DNA from: Sedimentisphaerales bacterium
GTDB lineage: Bacteria; Planctomycetota; Phycisphaerae; Sedimentisphaerales; SM23-30
Length of the DNA: 64,000 bases
Direction: 5' to 3'
Assembly: GCA_963663805.2 (NCBI GenBank)
Contig: CAXXMR010000012.1
Span: forward strand, 384,001 to 448,000
Numbering within the stretch: the first letter of the stretch is position 1; the number at the start of each line of letters is the position of its first letter. This document shows, piece after piece, positions 10,608 through 20,595 of the stretch. Both the position numbers and the translations under genes were made by a program. The notes beneath the pieces were generated by a model. It worked only from the letters and a program-made list of their open reading frames with translations. It did no database searches and was not told the DNA's origin.

Positions 10608-12197
10608 ATGGGACAGCGAAATTGCGGCGTTGGGTACATATCACCTTTTAACGAGACCGCTTCCGGTACGCCCTCTGTCGAATATATCTACGATGCCCTG
10701 GGCCGGCGGGTGGCCGAACGCTACGAGAACCTGAACTCCAGCGAATGGGTGGACCGTTATCTGGTTTATGACGGCCTGAAACTCGCCGCGGAGTTCGAGC
10801 TGGACCCGGCCGGTGAGCTTCTCCGCCGCTATATCTATGACGGCCAGAGCAGCAGCCCTGCGATCTTTATTGACTATACCCCGGAATTCTCTGACGATTT
10901 CTACGCCGTTCTGACCGATGACCGCGGCAGCGTTATGGGGCTGGTCAAGGATGATGGTACGCTGGTTGAGCAGCTATATTACAACTCAACCGGTCTGTGC
11001 AAATCCTGGGATCCCTCCGGCGGCGGCAACTGGAATACTCATCCTGACAATGCCGCTTACAATCTCGGCCGCAGTGAATATATTCCGTTTGGTTACCTCG
11101 GCATGTACCGCGACCGCTTTACGGGTAAATACCACACTCACTTCCGCGAATACGACCCGCTCCACGCCCGCTGGCTCAGCGAAGACCCAGCCGGATACGC
11201 CGATGGTTTAAACCTTTATAATGCCTATATGGGCGTTAATGGGATTGATCCGTTTGGGTTGTGGGACGAAACCGGTATGCTTGCGGAATATTATGGTAAA
11301 TATGGCGAGCAAGGCCAAAGCTATCTCAATGACTTATATAATTCGGGTGGGATGTTTGCTAAACGTGATTATTTGTGGGATGATTGGCGTGCCGAAGCGG
11401 ATGGAACTATAGGTATTGCGTCAAGTTGGTGGTTTGGTTTGGATGACAGCGATGAAACCGCTGCGGACCAACTTTACGATGCTCTCGAAAGTACATTTGG
11501 CGGCAGTATTGTCAATGGCCTTACAAACTTAATGGGCCATCAAACGCAAATGTTAGCAGAAGAATTCCCAGAGGAATTCTCAGGCATTAACGCTCGGCAG
11601 ATTGCTCAGGCAAAAGCGAATCTTAACGCAATGGGTGATATTGTTCAGGACGCCGCGTTAGATGCAGGGCTTTATCTCTCAGGTATTGCCTTGGCTGATA
11701 ATTCTATTGACGCCCTTAAAGCTTCCCAATATTCTAGGCAAGTTAAGAATGCGAAACGCTTAAGATCCATCTATGATGCCAAGAGATTTAAGCAAGCAAC
11801 TAATGCCTTGAAGATAAAAGTTGTTTCTAAATTAGTCAAAGATAAGGAGTTTGTGGCTGATATTGCCAATGCTTTTGATGGCGTCCCGTTGGCAATTAAG
11901 CTAACAGAAGATACTTATGCCTATCGTCATATTGGGCCAAATGGCAAAAAGCTTAGTTATTGGCTTAGCCCTCGGACATACGCTAATCCTAATAATGCAA
12001 GAAAATTTTTAGCATTACCCGACGACAATTCTGCTAATGCTTGTGTTCGGATAATAATTCCCAAAGATACAACCGTTTTATTTGGAAAAACAGCCGGCCA
12101 AGCTAATAATAGTATCTTTGGTTCGCATGCAATAGGGGGAGGATTGCAGATATATGTTCCAAATCCTAAAGTACTAAAAGATATTACGGTGCCATAA
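10608..12197 (+). CDS. Orphan Rhs C-terminal module: Rhs core end plus toxin domain
   Basis: YDALGRR, YxxREYDPxxARWLSEDPAG...DPFGL autoproteolysis motif, then an AT-richer C-terminal extension; most of the Rhs cage is missing. Confidence 0.85.
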   Translation: MGQRNCGVGYISPFNETASGTPSVEYIYDALGRRVAERYENLNSSEWVDRYLVYDGLKLAAEFELDPAGELLRRYIYDGQSSSPAIFIDYTPEFSDDFYAVLTDDRGSVMGLVKDDGTLVEQLYYNSTGLCKSWDPSGGGNWNTHPDNAAYNLGRSEYIPFGYLGMYRDRFTGKYHTHFREYDPLHARWLSEDPAGYADGLNLYNAYMGVNGIDPFGLWDETGMLAEYYGKYGEQGQSYLNDLYNSGGMFAKRDYLWDDWRAEADGTIGIASSWWFGLDDSDETAADQLYDALESTFGGSIVNGLTNLMGHQTQMLAEEFPEEFSGINARQIAQAKANLNAMGDIVQDAALDAGLYLSGIALADNSIDALKASQYSRQVKNAKRLRSIYDAKRFKQATNALKIKVVSKLVKDKEFVADIANAFDGVPLAIKLTEDTYAYRHIGPNGKKLSYWLSPRTYANPNNARKFLALPDDNSANACVRIIIPKDTTVLFGKTAGQANNSIFGSHAIGGGLQIYVPNPKVLKDITVP

Positions 12198-12198
12198 A

Positions 12199-12486
12199 AT
12201 GAATGATGTAAAAAACAAAATAATGGAATTGTTAAAGTTGGTTAAGGAATCCCAAGAGATGGCTCCCGACCAAACGGTGCTGTTAACACTTGAAAATGTA
12301 CTTAAAGACATACATATGCTTCTAAAAAAGCAAGTGGAATTAAGCAGTGAAGAAGCAGATAAAATAAACCAATACTGCCACGGTTTATATCGCATTGCTG
12401 TCGAATTTGACTTTCCTATAGATAATCTTGAAAATGCTATATTGGATATTGTTGTTGTTTTAAGGCACTCTTTAAAATCAGAATAA
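12199..12486 (+). CDS. Probable cognate immunity protein
   Basis: 95-aa acidic helical ORF starting 1 nt after the Rhs stop, with the same low GC as the toxin tip. Confidence 0.65.
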   Translation: MNDVKNKIMELLKLVKESQEMAPDQTVLLTLENVLKDIHMLLKKQVELSSEEADKINQYCHGLYRIAVEFDFPIDNLENAILDIVVVLRHSLKSE

Positions 12487-12684
12487 TTAAAGGTCCCCGG
12501 TACATTTTTTTTGATTCCAAGCCGCGTAAGCGGCCGGATAAAACCGTCATTACTCATTTAAACACCCCTCCCCAAAAACCGCAAGGTGGTGAGGTTCAGT
12601 CCATAAAAACAACTCCGCCGCAGGCGGCACCTTGCCGTTGTCGTTAAATAAAAACTCTCGGCCAAAGGCCGAAACCTAGCCGTT

Positions 12685-12737
12685 CCCTCATCCCTCATCC
12701 CTCATCCCTCTTCCCTTCTTCCCTCTTCCCTTCTTCC
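12685..12737 (+). repeat. Heptamer-type tandem repeat (CCCTCAT/CCCTCTT)n
   Basis: ccctcat ccctcat ccctcat ccctctt cccttctt ccctctt cccttctt read directly. Confidence 0.8.
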
Positions 12738-12857
12738 AAATAACCAACGTAACTATACTATATGGTACTTTTTCAAGAAAAATCGCCCCAAAAAGGTGAT
12801 ATAGTATAGTTCGCCCCCGCCAAAATAACAAAAAACGCGTAAAAACGCGTAAAAAAC

Positions 12858-14316
12858 CAATCCTGTTCGGCACATTTATTGCTTTAGGCTTTTGGCCTCC
12901 TGTATTTTTTTTTAAAAAAAACCCGAAATGTTAAGATAGGTAATTTGCGCTCGAGGGATATTTATGCTCTAATAGGAGGCATGAGTGCTAAGCGTCAGAA
13001 AATCAAGGAGCGGGACCTGCGTGGGTTCAAGTATTTCAAGTCCCTCTCGGCTCTGCTGAAAGGTCTTCACTCGGCGGGATGTGAGCGGGACCGGGCCGGC
13101 AATCGCACATTATTCATGGACCAGTATGTCAGTCTGCTGCTGTTATACATGTTCAATCCGATCTGCAGTTCCATCCGGTCTTTGCAGCAGGCCGGCGAGC
13201 TCAAAAAGGTACAGCGGCTGTTGGGTTGTTCGCGTGCTTCGCTGGGTTCGCTGGGTTCGCTTTCGGAAGCATCCCGGGTTTTTGAGAGTTCTTTGTTAGA
13301 GCCGATAATCGCTCAACTCACTGAGCAGTTAGGGCCGATATCTCAGGACAAAAAACTGGAAGTCGGTCAGGTCATTACCCTGGTGGACGGCAGCAGTATT
13401 CAGGCTTTGCAAAAACTCACTCAGGCTGCCTGGGACACCGACAAACCCGGAATTAAAGCACACACTCAGTTTGATCTGGAAAAATATGTGCCTCTGAAAA
13501 TAAATATCAGTGAAGACAAGTCTGATGAGCGAAAGGTTTTTTTAGAGAATCTTCAGCCCGGCCGGATTTATGTCAATGATCGCGGATATGCCTGTTTTAA
13601 GCTGTTTCAGGCCATTGTGGATAGTAAAAGCTCTTTTGTCTGTCGGCTGCGTGAGGATACGGTTTACGAAACTATTCAGGAAAAACCTTTAACTGAAGAT
13701 GCTCGAAAAGCGGGGATAATTTTTGATCGTACGGTAATCGCCGGCAGCAGTGAAAAACTGCGGGAAGATTTCAAACAACCGTTACGCCTGATAGCGGTTG
13801 AATGTCAACCGCATTTGAAACGGGGCCAGGGACCACGTCAGAGTGAGATGATTTTGATTGCCACCGACCGGCTGGACCTGGACGCCGAAGTCATTGCCCT
13901 GCTCTATCAGAAACGCTGGGCCATCGAAATATTTTTCCGCTTTTTTAAGCATGTGCTGGGCTGCCGACATCTGCTAAGCCTCTGCGAAAACGGTATCGAA
14001 CTACAGATGTACGCCGCGATTATCGCCTGTATGCTGATCAGCCTGTGGACGGGCAAAAAACCAACTTTAAGAACCTACGAAATGCTCTGCTGGCACCTCT
14101 GCGGCATGGCCGACGAGCAAGAAATGCAGAACCATATCAATAAACTCCAAAGCCAAAACTAAGGCCGATCCTCAAAAAAATCGCCGCTGCCGCTGATGCT
14201 GCGCCAAAATAACCAGTGCCGACAGTCCCACTGAGGGATAATCCCCGCTAAATCATATGAACTGCAAAGACCACAGAAAAACTGTATTTGAGCAATAAAT
14301 GTGCCGAACAGGATTG
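12858..14316 (+). mobile_element. IS4-family insertion sequence
   Basis: Perfect 26-bp terminal inverted repeats CAATCCTGTTCGGCACATTTATTGCT (12858-12883 and 14291-14316) around a DDE transposase; no exact target duplication seen. Confidence 0.92.
12981..14162 (+). CDS. IS4-family DDE transposase
   Basis: LVDGS, VNDRGY, YQKRWAIEIFFRFFK (YREK motif); AGGAGG RBS. Confidence 0.92.
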   Translation: MSAKRQKIKERDLRGFKYFKSLSALLKGLHSAGCERDRAGNRTLFMDQYVSLLLLYMFNPICSSIRSLQQAGELKKVQRLLGCSRASLGSLGSLSEASRVFESSLLEPIIAQLTEQLGPISQDKKLEVGQVITLVDGSSIQALQKLTQAAWDTDKPGIKAHTQFDLEKYVPLKINISEDKSDERKVFLENLQPGRIYVNDRGYACFKLFQAIVDSKSSFVCRLREDTVYETIQEKPLTEDARKAGIIFDRTVIAGSSEKLREDFKQPLRLIAVECQPHLKRGQGPRQSEMILIATDRLDLDAEVIALLYQKRWAIEIFFRFFKHVLGCRHLLSLCENGIELQMYAAIIACMLISLWTGKKPTLRTYEMLCWHLCGMADEQEMQNHINKLQSQN

Positions 14317-14665
14317 TCAAAAAATCCCCAAAAAATGCTCAAAAAATCCTTAACCTGACCGTATAATCCCTACAGATTACCCATTTTAACGCAACAGCCA
14401 CCGCATTTCGGTGACGACCCGTCACCGCACTTCCGCTCATAAAAATAAGCACTTACGTTAATTTTTCCCAATCAAATCCCCTATATTAGTGCTGATAACC
14501 CCGATTTTCGCTTCCCAACCCAGTTTTTTTGCCTGTGACCGCCATAAATAACTGAAAAACAACGCTTTCTATTGTGGAAAACCGCTTATTTATGCCGATA
14601 ACCACATTAGACGGACGGAACCGGACTGCCCATAAAGCAGGTAACTTTTAACGGAGTAAGCACTT

Positions 14666-17206
14666 ATGGCATTTGAATTCAACTGCCATCGTTGCCGAAA
14701 ATTACTTGAGGCTGAAGACCACTGGGTCGATAAGCGAGTACAGTGCCCTGCCTGTAAAACGGTACAACGCGTACCCACGCCCAAAATAACCCCAAAAACC
14801 ACCCCTTCCCTCGCCCCCAAACCAAAAGTCTCAACCCTGACCCGCCACAGTCTAACCCAGAAAAACACCGTTGCTACCTCCCTCCCCCAGAAATCGGAAA
14901 TGCCCGCAATTGATGATGTGGCAATAGGATACGAAAAGCCGTCAGAGGCCGAAATCTCGACCGAACAGCAAAGCCATAAAAAAACTCAGGAGCAGCTCCG
15001 GCAGAAACTGAACGAAAAAATCGCCGAAATTCACAAAAAATCGGATTCCAGGCAGGCCGACCTCATCGAAGAGTCTATCCTGGTTAATAACAAACCAATT
15101 ACAAAATCACTTCGCAAAATAGCCGAAAGCATCCCGCCCAAAGAAGACCCCCAGCTCGCCCTGGCCCGAAAAATGGCCGAAATCCGCAAAAATGCGGACA
15201 AAAAACAGGCCGAATACCTCCAAAAAACCATTGAGCAAAACCAATCCGCCCAAAAACCACAGAGAATACCCATTCTCCCCGACCGGGCCGGCAATCGCCA
15301 AAAAGCACTCACCGAAAAACTCGCACGCCTGCGCGCGATCGCCTTTGAATCTCGCCAAACCAGACCAGAACTCAGACCATCAACATCTAAATCGTTCCAA
15401 AATCTGGATTTAACCGCAATATCCCAGCCCACAAGTTATGCTGGAAATAAATCTCAAACACCTCCGCTATTCACCTCGGAAATCAATTCTTCTGTCGATT
15501 TTCGGGCTTTAACCGCACGATATCGATACGTCCCGGTGAGTTTGTCGGAGAAAGAGAGGGCATTGCCCTCTTTTAAAATCAGGACGTCCGGCAAACTCAC
15601 CTCTCCTTCGCCTGCAATCCTGGATATCAAGCCCGTCAGCGCAAAACATCTGTACACCCCGGTGGCACCACCCAAACATACGCCATCCATAAAACATTAC
15701 CACCTCCAGCCAGCGCCGTCCCTGGTGCTAATTTCGCGTAAAACTTTTGTACCCGAAAATATTAAACCAGATTCCGCGCGATACCGTTATCAGCCGGTAG
15801 ACATTTCGCCATCAGAGCGAAATCTGCCCGCTTTCGCATTTAACCCCGCTTCCAGGTGGTCCCAAAAAAGCCTCGTCGACTTACACACCATAGATATTCA
15901 GCCGGTAACGTCCCGGCACAGCTACGCACCGGTAGATACACACCCGGAATCGCCTCTGCCGGTATTTACGGTCGATTCCACGGGCAAGGTTAGTGGTACT
16001 GGTTTCGTACCTGCCGAATTTGCATTCAACCACAGAGCTTATAAATACGAACCGCTGGAAATTGCGCATTCCGGCTGTCTCTTGGCATATCAGCTCCAGC
16101 GTGGCCAATGGCTCTGGGACACCGCCCACGCCACATTCCAGCCGATTCCAGCCCTGTTCAAATCCCAGCGTTACCATTACGAGCCTGTGGAAATCCAAAA
16201 CAGAACCTTATTCTGGCGGCCCCGGCAAAACAGCATTAATCAACCCCCGGCCATCATGCCCCAGGCTAGTTCCCAACCGGCCTCTGTCGACTTGTCGTCC
16301 TTCAAGGTAAATACCTCTGTTCTGCGTGATAGTCGAGTCATTCGCCGGCAATCACAACCTTACAGCTGGCCCCGGAACGAAAATAACACTCAGGAATCGC
16401 CCAGCCCGACACGTCAAAAACTCACCCGTGTGGCCATTTTTAATATCATGGGTGCCACAGCAATGGTACTGGCAGTCATTCTGGCAATTATGGTGGGCCG
16501 AATGATGCAAAACACCGCACCAGAAGAACACGCCACAGGGACCGAGCTCCAGGTGATTCCTCCCAAAGAACCGCTGGCACAGGCCCTGGACCAGCAGACA
16601 GTTGTCGCCACGGCTAAATCAACGCCGGTCTATACACTGCCCGAAAACGTCAGTATTGACGCCGGACTATCGGCGCTTCTGCCTGAAAGTCAACAGGATG
16701 GCCCACCCACATTCAAAGGATATTTCCGGCCCGGCATCCACCTGGCCCGCACCGGAGAATTGCTCAGTCTGTTTCTGGACCCCAAACCGGTTCAGCCCAC
16801 CGAAAAACTGCGCAGTATTCCCAACCAGTCCCAAATACTCAGTCTGGTAGCGACAAACACTTCCGAGATTATCGACTGTCTCGAAATCAGCCACAGTTTC
16901 ACCAAAGATCTGACCATTGGCAGCATCAACGCCGCAACTCTGACTCATATCGTCGCGTTCCCGGTCGCCCAAAATAATTACTCAGGCAATCGCTACGACC
17001 ATCCCGCCTGCTTTATCCCCGGCCCTTTGACGAGCATAGACCAGATTAAACGTCAGTTCGGCCCGCCCACTGCTCAACAAAAATGGGTCGGTCAAAAGAC
17101 TGAGGTTATCCGGTTGAACTCGCTGGTACACTGGTGGGGAAATGTCGGCGTAGCAGCTGAAGGCAGTAAAAACATCACCCACGTTCTCCTGAAAGATTCT
17201 CAATAA
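14666..17206 (+). CDS. Zn-ribbon, repeat-containing bitopic membrane protein
   Basis: N-terminal CxxC...CxxC, coiled region, six YxYxPV-type repeats, one TM helix, C-terminal globular domain; GGAG RBS. Confidence 0.75.
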   Translation: MAFEFNCHRCRKLLEAEDHWVDKRVQCPACKTVQRVPTPKITPKTTPSLAPKPKVSTLTRHSLTQKNTVATSLPQKSEMPAIDDVAIGYEKPSEAEISTEQQSHKKTQEQLRQKLNEKIAEIHKKSDSRQADLIEESILVNNKPITKSLRKIAESIPPKEDPQLALARKMAEIRKNADKKQAEYLQKTIEQNQSAQKPQRIPILPDRAGNRQKALTEKLARLRAIAFESRQTRPELRPSTSKSFQNLDLTAISQPTSYAGNKSQTPPLFTSEINSSVDFRALTARYRYVPVSLSEKERALPSFKIRTSGKLTSPSPAILDIKPVSAKHLYTPVAPPKHTPSIKHYHLQPAPSLVLISRKTFVPENIKPDSARYRYQPVDISPSERNLPAFAFNPASRWSQKSLVDLHTIDIQPVTSRHSYAPVDTHPESPLPVFTVDSTGKVSGTGFVPAEFAFNHRAYKYEPLEIAHSGCLLAYQLQRGQWLWDTAHATFQPIPALFKSQRYHYEPVEIQNRTLFWRPRQNSINQPPAIMPQASSQPASVDLSSFKVNTSVLRDSRVIRRQSQPYSWPRNENNTQESPSPTRQKLTRVAIFNIMGATAMVLAVILAIMVGRMMQNTAPEEHATGTELQVIPPKEPLAQALDQQTVVATAKSTPVYTLPENVSIDAGLSALLPESQQDGPPTFKGYFRPGIHLARTGELLSLFLDPKPVQPTEKLRSIPNQSQILSLVATNTSEIIDCLEISHSFTKDLTIGSINAATLTHIVAFPVAQNNYSGNRYDHPACFIPGPLTSIDQIKRQFGPPTAQQKWVGQKTEVIRLNSLVHWWGNVGVAAEGSKNITHVLLKDSQ

Positions 17207-17456
17207 TTTTGTTTTAGACAAGCCAGACTAAACACTTGTCCCTGTGAGGTCTTGCACAGCGTTTTCGGGCGTGCGTACCCCAGGGCAAATATAACTATAA
17301 TTACTTGACAGCAGGCTAATAGTCGCTAATCTTTGGTGTTTGCGGAAGGATTTCATGGGGCAGTCCCCGGACTTTCCGCAGCCAAAAGGTTCCAGCAGGT
17401 GGAACCGCGAGCAAATTAAGTGCCGTTAACATCTAATTAAGACAAGGAGTTAAACA

Positions 17457-18485
17457 ATGGCAGCTATTAAAGTAGGTATCAATGGTTTTGGTCGTATCGG
17501 CAGAACAGTTATGCGTATTCTGGCCCAGCGTCCGGAAGAATTTCAAGTCGTAGCGATTAATGACCTTTGTGATGTAAAATCCAATGCTCATCTGTTCAAA
17601 TACGACACCGTGATGGGTCGTTTCGCCGGCACCGTTGTTGTTGAAGGCGATACCATGGTTGTGGATGGCAAGCCCATCAAGATTCTGGCTGAGCGCAGTC
17701 CCGCCAATCTGCCCTGGGGCGAACTGGGTGTTGACATCGTTCTGGAATCCACCGGTATTTTCCGCAAACGCGAAAGCGAAAAGGGCGGCTACGGCGACCA
17801 TATCAAAGCCGGCGCCAAAAAAGTCATCCTCAGTGTACCAGCCGCCGATGAAATCGACGCGACAATCGTACTGGGCGTAAATGACAACCTTCTGACCGCT
17901 GAGCACAAATGCGTTTCGAACGCCAGCTGCACCACCAACTGTCTGGCCCCGGTTGCCAAGGTTCTGCATGAGACTTTCGGTGTCGAACGCGGCATGATGA
18001 CCACGATTCACGCTTATACCAATGACCAGAACATTTCTGACGTATTCCACAAAGATCTTCGTCGGGCCCGTGCCGGTGCTGCCAATATTATCCCCACCAC
18101 CACCGGTGCCGCTCGGGCCGTCGGTCAGGTTATCCCGGACCTCAATGGCAAACTGGACGGCTTCGCTTTGCGTGTTCCGGTTATTACCGGCAGTGTTGTT
18201 GACCTGGTTGCTGAGCTGAAACGTTCTGCCACCGTCGAAGACATTAACGCCGCTGTCAAGGCTGCCTCAGAAGGTGCCCTCAAGGGTGTACTGGCTTACT
18301 GCGATGAACCCATCGTATCCAGCGACATTGTCGGGCACAACGCTTCGAGCATTTTCGACGCGTTGAGTACCATGACCATGCCCAAGACCGGTTCAAATCT
18401 CATTAAGGTTGTCAGCTGGTATGACAACGAATGGGGCTATTCCTGCCGTACCGTAGATATGATGAAGAAACTGGCTTCGCTGTAA
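17457..18485 (+). CDS. gap: Glyceraldehyde-3-phosphate dehydrogenase, type I
   Basis: [31 protein letters not shown]. Confidence 0.98.
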   Translation: MAAIKVGINGFGRIGRTVMRILAQRPEEFQVVAINDLCDVKSNAHLFKYDTVMGRFAGTVVVEGDTMVVDGKPIKILAERSPANLPWGELGVDIVLESTGIFRKRESEKGGYGDHIKAGAKKVILSVPAADEIDATIVLGVNDNLLTAEHKCVSNASCTTNCLAPVAKVLHETFGVERGMMTTIHAYTNDQNISDVFHKDLRRARAGAANIIPTTTGAARAVGQVIPDLNGKLDGFALRVPVITGSVVDLVAELKRSATVEDINAAVKAASEGALKGVLAYCDEPIVSSDIVGHNASSIFDALSTMTMPKTGSNLIKVVSWYDNEWGYSCRTVDMMKKLASL

Positions 18486-18591
18486 GTTAGTTTCAGAGAG
18501 ATAGCTAGGGGTCAGGGCTCGGGAATCGTCTCGGGCCCTGGCTTTGTTAAATGAATTCGTTTCTGGAACCATATAATCAAAGGTAAAAGCG

Positions 18592-19791
18592 ATGGCAAAG
18601 AAAACAATTGCTGACATGAATGTTAAGGGCAAACGCGTTTTCATGCGAGTTGACTTTAACGTACCGTTGGATGATAACTGCAACATAACCAATGACCGGC
18701 GGATTCAGATGGCCCTGCCGAGCATCAATGCGGCATTGGCAGGCGGCGCGAAGCTCGTTCTGGCGTCGCATTTGGGACGTCCCAAAGGTGAACGCATTGA
18801 TAAATATTCTCTGGCACCGGCTGCCCAGCGTCTGGGCGAACTGCTGGGCAAGGAAGTCAGGCTCGCTCCCGACTGCGTAGGCCCGGAAGTCAAAGCCATG
18901 GTTGACGCGCTGGCTGACGGCGATGTTATCGTGCTGGAAAACCTGCGTTTCCATAAAGGCGAGACCAAGAACGAGCCGGAATTCGCCGGCCAACTGGCAG
19001 AGCTGGCTGACCTGTATGTCAATGACGCTTTCGGTACGACCCACCGCGAGCATGCTTCGATGTATGGCGTACCTTCATTGCTGGGCGCGGGCAAATGTGC
19101 CTGCGGGTTCCTGGTTGAGAAGGAACTGAAGTATTTAGGTGACACCCTGGCGAATCCCCAGAAACCCTTCGTGGCGATTCTGGGCGGGGCCAAGGTCAGT
19201 GACAAGATTTCGGTTATCGAAAACCTTATCGGCAAGGTTGACCGAATTCTCATCGGCGGCGGCATGGCTTATACCTTCTTCAAAGCCCAGGGTTATGAAG
19301 TAGGCAATAGTATTTGCGAAGCTGACAAACTGGAGATTGCCCTGAATCTGCTCTCGTCAGCACGTGACAAAGGCTGTGAGCTGGTACTGCCGGTCGATAA
19401 TGTTATCGCCAAGGAATTCAAGGCTAATGCCGAAAATCAGACCAATACCGGCAATATTCCCGAAGGTTGGGAAGGGTTGGATATTGGCCCGGAGACCCGC
19501 AAGCTGTTCGCTGACAAAATCTCTGATGCCAAGACTATAGTCTGGAACGGACCCATGGGCGTGTTTGAGATGGAGCCGTTCGACGCGGGTACCAAAGCGG
19601 TAGCCCTAGCGATCGCTGAAGCGACCGACAAAGGCGCGACCAGCATCATCGGCGGCGGTGACAGTGCCGCGGCGGTTGCCGTATTGGGACTGGAAGACAA
19701 GATGAGTCACATCTCCACCGGCGGCGGTGCGAGCCTGGAGTTTCTCGAAGGCAAGAAATTTGCCAGCGTGGAAATTCTCGACGAGAAATAA
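18592..19791 (+). CDS. pgk: Phosphoglycerate kinase
   Basis: [38 protein letters not shown]. Confidence 0.98.
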   Translation: MAKKTIADMNVKGKRVFMRVDFNVPLDDNCNITNDRRIQMALPSINAALAGGAKLVLASHLGRPKGERIDKYSLAPAAQRLGELLGKEVRLAPDCVGPEVKAMVDALADGDVIVLENLRFHKGETKNEPEFAGQLAELADLYVNDAFGTTHREHASMYGVPSLLGAGKCACGFLVEKELKYLGDTLANPQKPFVAILGGAKVSDKISVIENLIGKVDRILIGGGMAYTFFKAQGYEVGNSICEADKLEIALNLLSSARDKGCELVLPVDNVIAKEFKANAENQTNTGNIPEGWEGLDIGPETRKLFADKISDAKTIVWNGPMGVFEMEPFDAGTKAVALAIAEATDKGATSIIGGGDSAAAVAVLGLEDKMSHISTGGGASLEFLEGKKFASVEILDEK

Positions 19792-19803
19792 TTTATTATC
19801 GAC

Positions 19804-19838
19804 AGCGTCCATCCTTTCGGGGGTGGACGCTTTTTTTT
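19804..19838 (+). terminator. Intrinsic terminator after pgk
   Basis: AGCGTCCATCCT-TTCG-GGGGTGGACGCT followed by a T-run. Confidence 0.8.
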
Positions 19839-19854
19839 GAAGTATGGATGGATT

Positions 19855-20520
19855 ATGATTAAACTGCCTGCTGCGGGGACGGTTGAGATTGCCCCTTCTA
19901 TTTTGAGTGCTGATTTTGCCCGATTGGGTGGTCACGTCGCGGAAATAACCAACGAAGTTAAATTTCTGCATGTTGATGTCATGGACGGCCATTTTGTGCC
20001 AAACATTACCATTGGCCCGGTAGTTGTAAAAAGTTTACGCAAAGTCAGTGGTCTGTTTTTCGATGTACATTTAATGATAAGCGACGCGCCGAAATACGCC
20101 CCGGAATTTGTCAAGGCTGGCGCCGACGGCATCACTTTCCATCTGGAAGCTGTGCCCGACTCAAAAGAAATGATTAACCAACTTCGTAAACTGGGCTGCT
20201 CGGTGGGAGTTTCGATTAAGCCCGGAACACCCGTGGCCGAACTAAAACCTATTATCCAGCTGGTTGACATGGTACTTCTGATGACCGTGGAGCCGGGCTT
20301 CGGCGGCCAGAGTTTTATTCCCGAAAGCATCGCACGCTGCCAAGAACTGCGACAAATGCTGCGACCCAACCAACGGCTGGAAGTTGACGGCGGTATTGAC
20401 CCAACAACCGCACCGCGTATCGTCGCAGCCGGGGCCGACACTTTGGTGGCCGGCAGTGCGGTTTTCGCCAAGCCCGACCCCGCCGCGGCTGTCAAAGCTA
20501 TTCTGGCGGCCTGTAAATAA
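19855..20520 (+). CDS. rpe: Ribulose-phosphate 3-epimerase
   Basis: IAPSILSADF, HVDVMDGHFVPNIT, MTVEPGFGGQ, EVDGG. Confidence 0.96.
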   Translation: MIKLPAAGTVEIAPSILSADFARLGGHVAEITNEVKFLHVDVMDGHFVPNITIGPVVVKSLRKVSGLFFDVHLMISDAPKYAPEFVKAGADGITFHLEAVPDSKEMINQLRKLGCSVGVSIKPGTPVAELKPIIQLVDMVLLMTVEPGFGGQSFIPESIARCQELRQMLRPNQRLEVDGGIDPTTAPRIVAAGADTLVAGSAVFAKPDPAAAVKAILAACK

Positions 20521-20595
20521 AACTTGCCCCCTATATTTCCGCAGGCTATAATAGACCTTCGTAATCAGATTCTGTAAGCTACGAAGGAAGTTTTT

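Noticed and set aside
12685..12873. 61-aa minus-strand ORF ending KKGRGKKGRGMRDEG
   Set aside because: Artefact of the heptamer repeat; starts inside the IS4 terminal repeat
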